Below, piece by piece: positions 17,226 to 25,328 of a stretch of DNA of 33,168 nucleotides. The notes under the pieces were generated by a model. The model worked only from the letters and a program-made list of their open reading frames with translations. It ran no database searches and was not told the origin of the DNA. The position numbers were made by a program, and so were the translations under genes. The DNA is from a virus (lineage: Duplodnaviria; Caudoviricetes), in the IMG/VR virus record IMGVR_UViG_3300022178_000333, positions 1 through 33,168 of that record; one strand, written 5' to 3'. Each line of letters opens with the position of its first letter. The first letter of the stretch is position 1.

Positions 17226-17654
17226 TTACGCCACCCTCTTTCTCAGGTTGCTGAAGTTATTTGGCTTGGCCTTTGTTGGCGCTGGCTTTCTGTTAGGGAG
17301 CCATGTTTCTCCGCCAGAGAATACTCCGTAGACTTCTTTGTCTGCGTTATGGCGATCGACTAGTTCGTCAAGCTCAGGCGTAAGGCGTTCAATCCAGCGC
17401 TCAGTGCGTTCCATTGCGTAGACGTTTTCTTCTTTAGCTGCGATGTCATACTCTGCAAGTGAGTCTGCGATCTGCTTGCGTTTGAAGTTAAGGCTGTTGT
17501 GTGAAGTGTAGCAGGCGTCTCTTGCGAGACCGATGAGGAACTTATCGTTAACCACAAGGCCACCAGTCTTGTTGTCAGGGTTGCTCATGTCATGATTGTG
17601 ATAGTTGATTACATCTAGTTTCAATTGCGCGAGTGTTGATAGCTTCTTAGTCAT
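17226..17654 (-). CDS. Hypothetical protein, first gene of the early arm
   Basis: 142 aa ORF with SD aggaga/agga; its start lies inside the long hairpin. Confidence 0.7.
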   Translation of the reverse strand: MTKKLSTLAQLKLDVINYHNHDMSNPDNKTGGLVVNDKFLIGLARDACYTSHNSLNFKRKQIADSLAEYDIAAKEENVYAMERTERWIERLTPELDELVDRHNADKEVYGVFSGGETWLPNRKPAPTKAKPNNFSNLRKRVA

Positions 17655-17916
17655 TTCCTAGTTCTCCTGTTCTGTGCGAGGGCCATCCCCGCAACGAGGA
17701 CTTCATGCAAGGAAGGCAAACGCCCAGCTTGCTGGGTGCTTGACGTTCGCCAGTACCAATTTGTCTCGCGAGGAATGACCCGAAGGGGCAGGGGAAATTG
17801 ATACTTGCGAATGTTTTGACGGCCATGCAATGAACAAACGAGTGCGGGGATGGTCAGAGCCTACATAACTATTAGGAGAATGACGGACTTGCGACTATCA
17901 ATACGAGCGTGATTGA
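17621..17916 (+). other. Long branched imperfect inverted repeat (structured ssDNA/RNA element)
   Basis: At least six nested paired segments plus side hairpins; see finding. Confidence 0.85.
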
Positions 17917-18080
17917 CACGGCAGTTTAGTATGTATTTCTGTCAAGCCTTTTGAGAACACCATTAGGTATAGGTTTGGAACCAATGCGTATAGTATGTGT
18001 GTTTAACCCATTGACAGACAATCCCAAGATGGTGTTTGTATGGGGGGGAAGAGGGAAGGGGGGGCCGTAAGGAGTAACTA

Positions 18081-18458
18081 ATGAATGATGTAAAACTTAG
18101 AAAGCTTACACCAAAACAGACAGCGTTAGTAGACACCATCGTAGCAAATGGATGTACCTTGAAAGTCGCTGCACCGTTGGCTGGATATGCTGATGGCGAG
18201 TCTGGAAGAGTGACTGCAACCAAGACTATGAAGTTGCCTCATGTGCAGCAGTATTTGATGCAAAGGATGAATGAGGAATTTGGGATTAGTGCTACCCTAG
18301 CTGCTGGAACTGTAAGAAGACTGGCTGTTGGAGCTAAATCTGAGTACGTTCAGCTCGAAGCAAGCAAGGATTTACTGGATAGAGCTGGCTATAAACCGAT
18401 AGATAGATCACAGGTACAGGTGGCTGGTGACATAAGAGTGACTATTGACCTAGGTTAA
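18081..18458 (+). CDS. Terminase small subunit
   Basis: 'LTPKQ.A.V......AA..AGY...A......P.V..YL' and 'SEYVQLEASKDLLDRAG'; SD aaggag. Confidence 0.8.
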   Translation: MNDVKLRKLTPKQTALVDTIVANGCTLKVAAPLAGYADGESGRVTATKTMKLPHVQQYLMQRMNEEFGISATLAAGTVRRLAVGAKSEYVQLEASKDLLDRAGYKPIDRSQVQVAGDIRVTIDLG

Positions 18459-18553
18459 TTGCATCTGGTCATAGCCCAGCTAGGGGGTAGGGGGGAAAAC
18501 TAGCGGCTAGTTACATGGTAATAGTCCCTCACTCCCACGATTATTCCAAAAGG

Positions 18554-18564
18554 TTTGTGCATTG
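18554..18564 (+). promoter_or_regulatory. Late promoter box TTTGTGCATTG
   Basis: Repeated motif; 46 nt before ATG 18611; TAGGGT lies 18 nt after TTGTCA. Confidence 0.7.
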
Positions 18565-18610
18565 TCATAATTATTTTTCTTGGTATAGGGTTCTATAAAA
18601 GGAGATTGAT

Positions 18611-18898
18611 ATGGATGTAGTAACGAAGGCGGCTGGTGCTGAGAACCAGTTTAGCGAAGCGTTGTCATTGCGCGGTGACTTTTCTCTTAGCATTTCAGGG
18701 ACGTTTGTGGGAACTGTTAGTGTTCAGCGCAGCTTTGATGGTGGGGGTTCTTGGGCTTCTGTAGATACGTTTACTGCTCCTATTGAGACTGCTGGTTATG
18801 AGCCTGTTGGCGCACAGTATCGTGTTGGCATTGCGAGTGGTGCTTATACGAGTGGGACTGCTACCTGTACACTTAGAGAGAATGACACTGGTCGTTAA
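18611..18898 (+). CDS. Small beta-rich hypothetical (possible virion) protein
   Basis: SD aaggag; 'SGTFVGTVSVQRSFDGG.SW' beta-sandwich-like. Confidence 0.65.
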   Translation: MDVVTKAAGAENQFSEALSLRGDFSLSISGTFVGTVSVQRSFDGGGSWASVDTFTAPIETAGYEPVGAQYRVGIASGAYTSGTATCTLRENDTGR

Positions 18899-18900
18899 TC

Positions 18901-19173
18901 ATGGTTGCTAAGAAGTATCAGAATCCAGAGGGCGGATTGAATGCTGCGGGTCGTGCTTATTTCAAGCGCAAGGAGGGTTCTAATTTAAAGGCTCCTCAAG
19001 GTAGCGGCACTCATGGCCGTCGAGTTTCTTTTGCTGCTAGATTTGGAGGCATGGCTGGCCCCCTTGAAGACAGCAAGGGGCGTCCCACTAGATTGAAGTT
19101 AGCATTAAAGAAATGGGGATTTGGTAGTAAGGAATCTGCCAGAGCGTTTGCTAGGAAGAATAGGAAGAGTTAG
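18901..19173 (+). CDS. Basic conserved phage protein (DUF6321-like)
   Basis: 'NPEGGLNAAGRAYF...GSNLKAP...RR.SF.ARF.GM...GRPTRL.LALKKW'. Confidence 0.65.
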   Translation: MVAKKYQNPEGGLNAAGRAYFKRKEGSNLKAPQGSGTHGRRVSFAARFGGMAGPLEDSKGRPTRLKLALKKWGFGSKESARAFARKNRKS

Positions 19174-19175
19174 CC

Positions 19176-19427
19176 ATGTGCATGAAGAAGCTAGAGAGTA
19201 CCCAGAACAAGCTTTTGCCTAAAGGTTTAAGAACGAATATGTTTGGCGGTAGGAGCAAGGCTTATAGCAAGGCTTTTAGCAAGGTTGAGAAAAAGAAGGC
19301 TGATCCTCTTCCCTCGTTAGGTACTCAGAAGGTTAATCGCGGCGAGGCTCCTTTGCTAGACACGCCTTATAAAAGAAAGGGCAAGAAGCCCCGATCTTTA
19401 ATTCAATCTACGCTAGGAGAATATTAA
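19176..19427 (+). CDS. Basic hypothetical protein
   Basis: Lys-rich ORF in a tightly packed operon. Confidence 0.6.
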   Translation: MCMKKLESTQNKLLPKGLRTNMFGGRSKAYSKAFSKVEKKKADPLPSLGTQKVNRGEAPLLDTPYKRKGKKPRSLIQSTLGEY

Positions 19428-19606
19428 TGGCTTGGTATACGAATGGTGACAACGAGCTTTATGAAGGTGCAACCCATACTTTAGGGGATCATACTTACAC
19501 TGGAGCAACTAGATTGCCGACAGCTAGGCGTCTTGTTCGTGGCCCTGATCCAGTACCAGCGCCCAAGCCAGTAAAGAAAGTTGCGAAGAAAAAAAAGAAG
19601 TCTTAA
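19427..19606 (+). CDS. 59-aa hypothetical protein with Lys-rich tail (not in ORF track)
   Basis: SD aggag and TAATG overlap; MAWYTNGDNELYEGATH...KKVAKKKKKS. Confidence 0.7.
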   Translation: MAWYTNGDNELYEGATHTLGDHTYTGATRLPTARRLVRGPDPVPAPKPVKKVAKKKKKS

Positions 19607-19623
19607 TGCGAGAGGAGAAATAA

Positions 19624-19758
19624 ATGCCTAGTGGTAAAGGAACTTACGGAACTAAGGTTGGTCGCCCTAAAAAGTCTTTATTGAGTAAGGCGCAAAATAC
19701 TTTGCCTGACAGTTTGAAGAAACGGATTATGGCGTTAAAGAAGAAAAAGAATGCCTAA
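19624..19758 (+). CDS. 44-aa basic protein (not in ORF track)
   Basis: SD aggag; MPSGKGTYGTKVGRPKKSLL...KKKKNA, with an AT-hook-like GRP. Confidence 0.7.
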   Translation: MPSGKGTYGTKVGRPKKSLLSKAQNTLPDSLKKRIMALKKKKNA

Positions 19759-20014
19759 AGGTCAGTCGCCTCGCAATAGAATGAATGCGCGTTATTCGTT
19801 GCTCTCTAAGCAATTAGAAAGTATGCCCAAAGATTATTCTATGGTAACTAAGTTACGACGAAAGGTTAAGGAGTTTCTTGGCACTTCTGATGGGCAGATG
19901 GTTACAAGTGTAAAGCGCGAGAATCTTTTGAAGAAAGTTAAGAAGATGGAAAGCACTGTTAGTGAAAAGTTTCGCAGTCAAAGAAACATAAGCGAGGAAC
20001 AAAATGGCGGTTAA
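19751..20014 (+). CDS. Basic hypothetical protein
   Basis: Overlaps both neighbours by a few nt. Confidence 0.55.
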   Translation: MPKGQSPRNRMNARYSLLSKQLESMPKDYSMVTKLRRKVKEFLGTSDGQMVTSVKRENLLKKVKKMESTVSEKFRSQRNISEEQNGG

Positions 20015-20171
20015 TGCTGCTGGCAATTATACAAAGCCAACAATGCGAAAGTCTTTGTTCAACAGAATAAAGGCTGCTAATGTTCAAGGCACTGCTGCTG
20101 GCAAGTGGTCGGCAAGAAAAGCGCAACTCTTAGCAAAGCGGTATAAGGCTGCTGGTGGAGGATATAGATGA
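20004..20171 (+). CDS. 55-aa basic protein, DUF5872-like N-terminal half (not in ORF track)
   Basis: SD gagga; 'NYTKPTMRK.LF..IKA.....AGKWSARKAQLLAKRYKAAGGGY'. Confidence 0.75.
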   Translation: MAVNAAGNYTKPTMRKSLFNRIKAANVQGTAAGKWSARKAQLLAKRYKAAGGGYR

Positions 20172-20317
20172 GGATTGAGTTTTGTAGTGTAAGCATGATG
20201 CTTAATATTATTGATGAGCTTCAGTTGCGAAGCATTAAATTTACTTGCAAGGTTGATGATCTTGGCTGCGGATATATTTGGTTAGAGCATGAAAGCATCG
20301 CAAAAATCGCTGCTTAA
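20168..20317 (+). CDS. 49-aa hypothetical protein (not in ORF track)
   Basis: SD ggagga and ATGA overlap; MRIEFCSVSMMLNIIDELQLRSIKFTCKV... Confidence 0.5.
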   Translation: MRIEFCSVSMMLNIIDELQLRSIKFTCKVDDLGCGYIWLEHESIAKIAA

Positions 20318-20525
20318 CTGGGGCAAACAGAAGTGGCGCACCAAGTCTGGCAAGAAGTCCAGTGAGACTGGTGAGCGTTATCTTCCTAGTAAGGCTATCG
20401 CTGCTCTTAGTAGTTCTGAATATGCAGCTACAACCGCAGCTAAACGAAAGGGCAAGGCTAAGGGTAAGCAGTTTGTGGCTCAACCGAAAGCTATTGCCGA
20501 TAAAGTAAGGAAGTATAGGACGTGA
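20289..20525 (+). CDS. Basic protein, DUF5872-like C-terminal half
   Basis: 'SQKSL..W.KQKWRTKSG....TGERYLP.KA...LS..E......KRKG...GKQFV'. Confidence 0.7.
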   Translation: MKASQKSLLNWGKQKWRTKSGKKSSETGERYLPSKAIAALSSSEYAATTAAKRKGKAKGKQFVAQPKAIADKVRKYRT

Positions 20526-20707
20526 GTTTTATTTCCACCCTTTCCCTAGCAGAGCTGGAAGTACTTAGACAGATAGTGCGCAAGGTGCATTTAACTTATG
20601 TACCTGCTGACTTTGCCACTGATGTGGAGTGCGATAAGATGATTGATACTATGGCTCCTGAGACTGTAGATAGAATGTTGAGGTTTGGGAGGCAGTATTG
20701 TGGCTGA
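20522..20707 (+). CDS. Hypothetical protein
   Basis: GTGA overlap; SD agga. Confidence 0.65.
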   Translation: MSFISTLSLAELEVLRQIVRKVHLTYVPADFATDVECDKMIDTMAPETVDRMLRFGRQYCG

Positions 20708-21023
20708 TTTAATTCCGTTTAATCCTAAAATACATAAGCCTATAGATTTAGTTGGGGGCCGTAAGGCCACTGAATATCTAGCGAGTGAGCGTTCACCAGA
20801 AGGTGGTGCATGGAATATACCGCAAATTTGGTTTAACTCTGATACAGGAAAGCCATCATACTTGTCTGGCGACAAGGCTTGGAATGAAGCCAAGAATTAT
20901 GAAGACAGGACTGGGAAAAAGTTTCCTAGATTTAAAGACATTAGCGCTGCGGTTGAGGCGGCTAAAGCTCGTAGTCGTAAGGGCGGAGCCTCAAAGAAAA
21001 GTCTAATAAGTAGAGATGATTAA
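20700..21023 (+). CDS. Hypothetical protein
   Basis: Start reassigned to GTG 20700 after SD ggagg; overlaps the TerL start. Confidence 0.65.
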   Translation: MADLIPFNPKIHKPIDLVGGRKATEYLASERSPEGGAWNIPQIWFNSDTGKPSYLSGDKAWNEAKNYEDRTGKKFPRFKDISAAVEAAKARSRKGGASKKSLISRDD

Positions 21024-22539
21024 TTTTAAATACAAACCAGACGGAGATGTGCTCAAGGCGTTTATGAAAGATGATACTTTCTTTCGTGGCATTCGCGGTC
21101 CTGTAGGTTCTGGCAAGTCTGTTGGCTGCTGCGTTGAAGTATTTCGCCGCGCTATTCAACAGGAAAAAGGTCCAGATGGTATTCGCAAAAGCCGCTGGGC
21201 TATCATTCGTAATACCAATCCACAGCTTAGAACAACCACTATTAAGACTTGGCTCGACTGGTTTCCTGAAAGCGACTGGGGCAGATTCACTTGGTCTGTT
21301 CCATATACTCATAGAATACAAAAGGGTGACATAGACCTTGAGGTTTTATTCTTAGCTCTTGATAGGCCAGAAGATGTTAAGAAACTTCTTTCTTTAGAAC
21401 TAACAGGCATATGGATTAATGAAGCTAGAGAAATTGCAAAGAGTATTATTGACGCCTGTACTATGCGCGTGGGTCGTTTTCCTTCTATGCGCGATGGCGG
21501 TCCTTCTTGGACTGGTGTCATTGCTGACACAAATGCTCCCGAAGAAGATCACTGGTGGCCGATTATGTCTGGTGAAGTTCCAGTGCCGGATCATATACCG
21601 CGTGAGCAAGCTAAAATGCTGGTTAAACCAGACAACTGGCGTTTCTTTACGCAACCCTCTGGTATGGTTGAAGATAAGAATAACGCTGGGGAAATAGAAA
21701 ACTACAAGCCTAATGAAAAGGCTGAGAACACAAAGAACATGATGAAGTCTTACTATCCCAATCTTATTCAAGGTAAGACCAAAAGCTGGATTGATGTGTA
21801 TGTAATGAACAGACTGGGCCATATTCAAGATGGCAAGCCTGTCTATCCTATGTTTGCACCAGAGGTTCACATTGCTTTAGAGGAAATACCTGTTGCTGCA
21901 GGTCATCCTGTATATGTTGGTGTGGACTTTGGGCTTACTCCCGCTGCTGTATTCGGACAGAAAGTAAGGGGTAGATGGTTCTTACAATCCGAAGTTGTTG
22001 CAATTGATATGGGCATTGTGAGGTTTGCAGAAGTTCTTAGGAATGAACTGTCAACTCGCTTTGCCGCAGCCAGTGATGTCATTATTTACGGTGATCCCGC
22101 TGGTGACTTTAGAGCGCAGACTGATGAATCGACTCCGTTCCACATTCTGCGCGGCGCTGGCTTGAGGGCTTTCCCCACGCACTCCAACTCTGTTGACCTT
22201 CGGCTTGAGGCTGTCTCTTCCCAACTCACCAAAATGGTTGAAGGTAAGCCAGTGCTATTAATAGATCGTCGCTGCCCTACTCTTATTAAAGGATTTGAAG
22301 GAGGCTATGCGTACAAGCGCATGGAGGTAAGCGGTGAAAGATACGCAGACAAACCAGATAAGAATATGTTTTCTCACGTTCATGATGCCGCTCAGTATTT
22401 GTTTCTAGGCGCTGGGGAGGGCAGAGCATTGATGGCATCTCAGAAACCTGCAAAGGCAGTAATAGCAAAACGTGGCTTTGATGTCTTTAATCGGGGTTCA
22501 AAAAAGAAAAACAAGCCAAGTCTTTGGGCAAGAATGTAG
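21016..22539 (+). CDS. terL: Terminase large subunit
   Basis: Walker A GPVGSGKS, Walker B IWINEARE, 'DTNAP' coupling motif, nuclease 'VGVDFG' and 'SHVHDAAQY'. Confidence 0.95.
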   Translation: MINFKYKPDGDVLKAFMKDDTFFRGIRGPVGSGKSVGCCVEVFRRAIQQEKGPDGIRKSRWAIIRNTNPQLRTTTIKTWLDWFPESDWGRFTWSVPYTHRIQKGDIDLEVLFLALDRPEDVKKLLSLELTGIWINEAREIAKSIIDACTMRVGRFPSMRDGGPSWTGVIADTNAPEEDHWWPIMSGEVPVPDHIPREQAKMLVKPDNWRFFTQPSGMVEDKNNAGEIENYKPNEKAENTKNMMKSYYPNLIQGKTKSWIDVYVMNRLGHIQDGKPVYPMFAPEVHIALEEIPVAAGHPVYVGVDFGLTPAAVFGQKVRGRWFLQSEVVAIDMGIVRFAEVLRNELSTRFAAASDVIIYGDPAGDFRAQTDESTPFHILRGAGLRAFPTHSNSVDLRLEAVSSQLTKMVEGKPVLLIDRRCPTLIKGFEGGYAYKRMEVSGERYADKPDKNMFSHVHDAAQYLFLGAGEGRALMASQKPAKAVIAKRGFDVFNRGSKKKNKPSLWARM

Positions 22540-22550
22540 TTTGTGCATTG
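22540..22550 (+). promoter_or_regulatory. Late promoter box TTTGTGCATTG
   Basis: Repeated motif; 49 nt before ATG 22600. Confidence 0.7.
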
Positions 22551-22599
22551 AGATTTAATTCCTTTTGTGCTTACGAAAGGGAAACAAAGGAGAGTTTCC

Positions 22600-22827
22600 A
22601 TGTGTCTTCCAAAGCCAAAGGTGGCAGGACCAAGCAAAGAAGAGATCAAACAGTCAGAAGAGGCAAGGGAAGCTGCTGAAATGGCTCAAAGAGAAGAGAT
22701 CGATAGACGCGCAATGCAAAAGAAAGAAGATATTTCTGATGTTTTAGGCAAGCGCGGTGGTCGTGGTGCAGGTCGCAGGTCTTTGTTTAGAGCTTCTGGC
22801 ACAGGATTTATGGGCAGGTTTGGCTAA
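22600..22827 (+). CDS. Small pre-portal virion-associated protein
   Basis: Start reassigned to MCLPKPK after SD aaggag; typical position before the portal. Confidence 0.65.
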   Translation: MCLPKPKVAGPSKEEIKQSEEAREAAEMAQREEIDRRAMQKKEDISDVLGKRGGRGAGRRSLFRASGTGFMGRFG

Positions 22828-24359
22828 TGGATGCAATTGCAAAGCAATATATCCAGAGCTATCAGAAGGCTAAAGCCCTTCGTGAAAACTGGGTTCCCTT
22901 GTTTGAGGAATGCTATGAGTATGCCTTGCCTCAACGTGAATCTTTTTATTACGAAGAAGCAGGACAGCGCCGAGACGAAAAGATATTTGATGAGACTGCT
23001 GTCGTTGGCGTTCAAGAGTTTGCAAGCAGACTACAAGCTGGCTTAGTTCCTAACTTTGCTCGTTGGGCTGACCTTGTTTCTGGCAGCGAAGTACCTGCTG
23101 CTGAACGAGAAGCCATTGATAATGAGCTAGATGAAGTTACTGAATATGTATTCGAGGTTCTTCAGAACTCTAATTTCAGTCAGGAAGTTCATGAGTCATT
23201 TATGGATTTGGCTGTAGGCACTGGCGTTCTTTGCGTTGAAGAGGGCGATGCAATTAACCCTGTAAACTTTACAGCAATACCATTGCCGCACGTTGTTTTA
23301 AGCACTGGCCCTGACGATAAGATCGATCACGTTTACAGAGAGAGAAAGAAGATTCTATTCGATCACCTTTCTGTTATCTATCCTAACGCTACCTTTGATC
23401 CAAAAGTTATGAATATGATGGGCAAGGGCAGAGAGACAACGGTACTTGAGATTGTCTGCAGGGATTATTCAAAAAAGAATCAAGAATCTTATCTGCACTA
23501 TGCAATCTGTATGACTACTAACACACTGCTATATTCAAAAGACATGTCTGGAATAGGGTCAAATCCTTTTGTTTGCTTTCGCTGGACTAAATGCGCTGGG
23601 GAAATCTATGGTCGTGGTCCGTTAATTAATGCGCTATCCGCAGTTAAGACCACCAATCTTACCATTGAATTAATCCTTGAGAACGCTCAGATGGCTATCT
23701 CTGGCATTTACCAGATGGAAGATGACGGTGTAATTAACCCTGATACCATCCAATTAGTCCCGGGTTCTATCATACCAAAAGCTATGGGCAGTCAGGGGCT
23801 TCAGCCAATTCAAGCGGCAGGACGCTTTGATGTAGCGCAACTTGTTCTTAGTGATATGCGTCTTAATATTAAGCGAGCCTTGTATAATGATATGCTTGGA
23901 AACCCTGATAAAACTCCTGCGACTGCAACGGAAGTAGCCGAGCGTATGGCTGACCTATCCAGAAGAATAGGCTCTGCATTCGGAAGGCTGCAAGCTGAAT
24001 TGGTCCAGCCTGTACTGCAACGGGTAATTTACATCCTAAAGAAACAAGGAAGAATTGAAGTTCCGAGCGTTAATGGACGTGAGGTTAAAGTTCGTTCTGT
24101 TTCACCACTAGCTCAAGCACAATCTAATCAAGACATTTCTAGCGTTGCTCGCTTTCTTGAACTGGTCGGTGGAGCGTTTGGACCTGAGATGTTGCAGCTA
24201 TTAGTAGATGGTGAGCAAACAGCAATTCACCTTGCTAAAAAGTTTGGTGTGCCAGAGAGCTTGATTCGTGATGAAGAACAGCGTAGACAAATAGCTGCAT
24301 TAGCGCAGCAAATGGCGCAGCAACAACAAGGACAGATGATTGGCGAACCAGAAGGTTAA
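22827..24359 (+). CDS. Portal (head-to-tail connector, T7 gp8/BPP-1 type)
   Basis: 'W..L.E.CYEYALPQR', 'IFD.TA', 'RW....GEIYGRGP', 'TATEV.ER', 'GRLQ.EL..P'; Gln-rich tail. Confidence 0.93.
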   Translation: MDAIAKQYIQSYQKAKALRENWVPLFEECYEYALPQRESFYYEEAGQRRDEKIFDETAVVGVQEFASRLQAGLVPNFARWADLVSGSEVPAAEREAIDNELDEVTEYVFEVLQNSNFSQEVHESFMDLAVGTGVLCVEEGDAINPVNFTAIPLPHVVLSTGPDDKIDHVYRERKKILFDHLSVIYPNATFDPKVMNMMGKGRETTVLEIVCRDYSKKNQESYLHYAICMTTNTLLYSKDMSGIGSNPFVCFRWTKCAGEIYGRGPLINALSAVKTTNLTIELILENAQMAISGIYQMEDDGVINPDTIQLVPGSIIPKAMGSQGLQPIQAAGRFDVAQLVLSDMRLNIKRALYNDMLGNPDKTPATATEVAERMADLSRRIGSAFGRLQAELVQPVLQRVIYILKKQGRIEVPSVNGREVKVRSVSPLAQAQSNQDISSVARFLELVGGAFGPEMLQLLVDGEQTAIHLAKKFGVPESLIRDEEQRRQIAALAQQMAQQQQGQMIGEPEG

Positions 24360-24603
24360 TATCGGAATAGACGGAATACAACGATCTGCTGATCTTGATC
24401 GACAGGTAAGCTACAACATTGCTCAAATATTCGAAGGGCCAACAGGCAAAGAAGTCCTGCGTTACTTGCGTTCCGTTACCATTGAAATGGTTAATGGACC
24501 TAATGTGTCTACTGAAGAACTGCGACATATAGAAGGGCAGCGTTATATCGTTGGCCTCATTGAGCAGAGAATAGCGCATTCACACAGGAGTAAGAACAAA
24601 TGA
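24340..24603 (+). CDS. Bbp19-like small protein
   Basis: 'F.GPTGKEVLRYL.......EGQR.IVG.I' motif directly after the portal. Confidence 0.75.
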   Translation: MANQKVNIGIDGIQRSADLDRQVSYNIAQIFEGPTGKEVLRYLRSVTIEMVNGPNVSTEELRHIEGQRYIVGLIEQRIAHSHRSKNK

Positions 24604-25328
24604 GCGTAATGGAATCAGAAAGCACTGAGCCTGCTGCGGCAGAGCCTCGTGACTTTGTAGTTGCTGAAGATACTCAATCCGAAAGACCAGAGTGGCTACC
24701 TGAGAAATACAATACTGGCGAAGATTTAGCTAAAGCATATAAAGAGCTTGAGTCAAAGTTAGGCGGTAAAGAAGAAGATATTCGAGGAAAGCTACTAGAA
24801 GAAATTCAAGCCGAAGCCTTTGGTGATCGCCCTGAAACTGCTGGTGATTATCAACTGCCTGACATTATTGACGAAGAATCTGCTGTTGATAGTGAGTTAT
24901 TACAGTGGTGGTCTGAACATGCGTTTGAAAACGGATACGGTCAAGAAGAGTTTCAACAGGGCATAGAGATGTACGCTCAAGCCATTTCTAGAAGTGAGCC
25001 AGATATAGAAGCTGAGTCAGCAAAGCTAGGTGATAATGCTAATGATCGCATTCAAGCTGCTTCACTGTTTGCAAATAAGTTCTTTCCTGAAGATGCGCTC
25101 CCAGCAATTGAACGCATGTGCGAAAGCCATGAAGGTATCATTGCACTAGAGTCAATAATGGAGGCAATGAAGGACGGTTCTTTTGCCAACAATACTCAAG
25201 CTACTGCTGGTGCAAGCGAGCAACAACTTCGGGAGATGATGAATGACCCTAGATACTGGAAAGAGCGCGACCCGCATTTTATCAATGAAGTCACAAAAGG
25301 CTACCAGCAAATCTACAAGGGAAGTTAA
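24600..25328 (+). CDS. Capsid scaffolding protein
   Basis: Acidic; 'RPEWLPEKY...LAKAYKELE.KLG' and C-terminal 'MMNDPRYW'. Confidence 0.82.
   Translation: MSVMESESTEPAAAEPRDFVVAEDTQSERPEWLPEKYNTGEDLAKAYKELESKLGGKEEDIRGKLLEEIQAEAFGDRPETAGDYQLPDIIDEESAVDSELLQWWSEHAFENGYGQEEFQQGIEMYAQAISRSEPDIEAESAKLGDNANDRIQAASLFANKFFPEDALPAIERMCESHEGIIALESIMEAMKDGSFANNTQATAGASEQQLREMMNDPRYWKERDPHFINEVTKGYQQIYKGS

Noticed and set aside
17880-17912. Mini-ORF MTDLRLSIRA after aggaga on the + strand
   Set aside because: The SD-ATG spacing is too short, and the sequence is explained as the complementary arm of the hairpin mirroring the start of gene 17654.
17621-17916. Retron msr-msd or CRISPR array
   Set aside because: There is no RT or cas gene and no spaced direct repeats; the element is a single nested inverted repeat.
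11692-18081. Integrase/attP, toxin-antitoxin or auxiliary metabolic genes
   Set aside because: No recombinase catalytic motifs or recognisable metabolic enzymes in any ORF.
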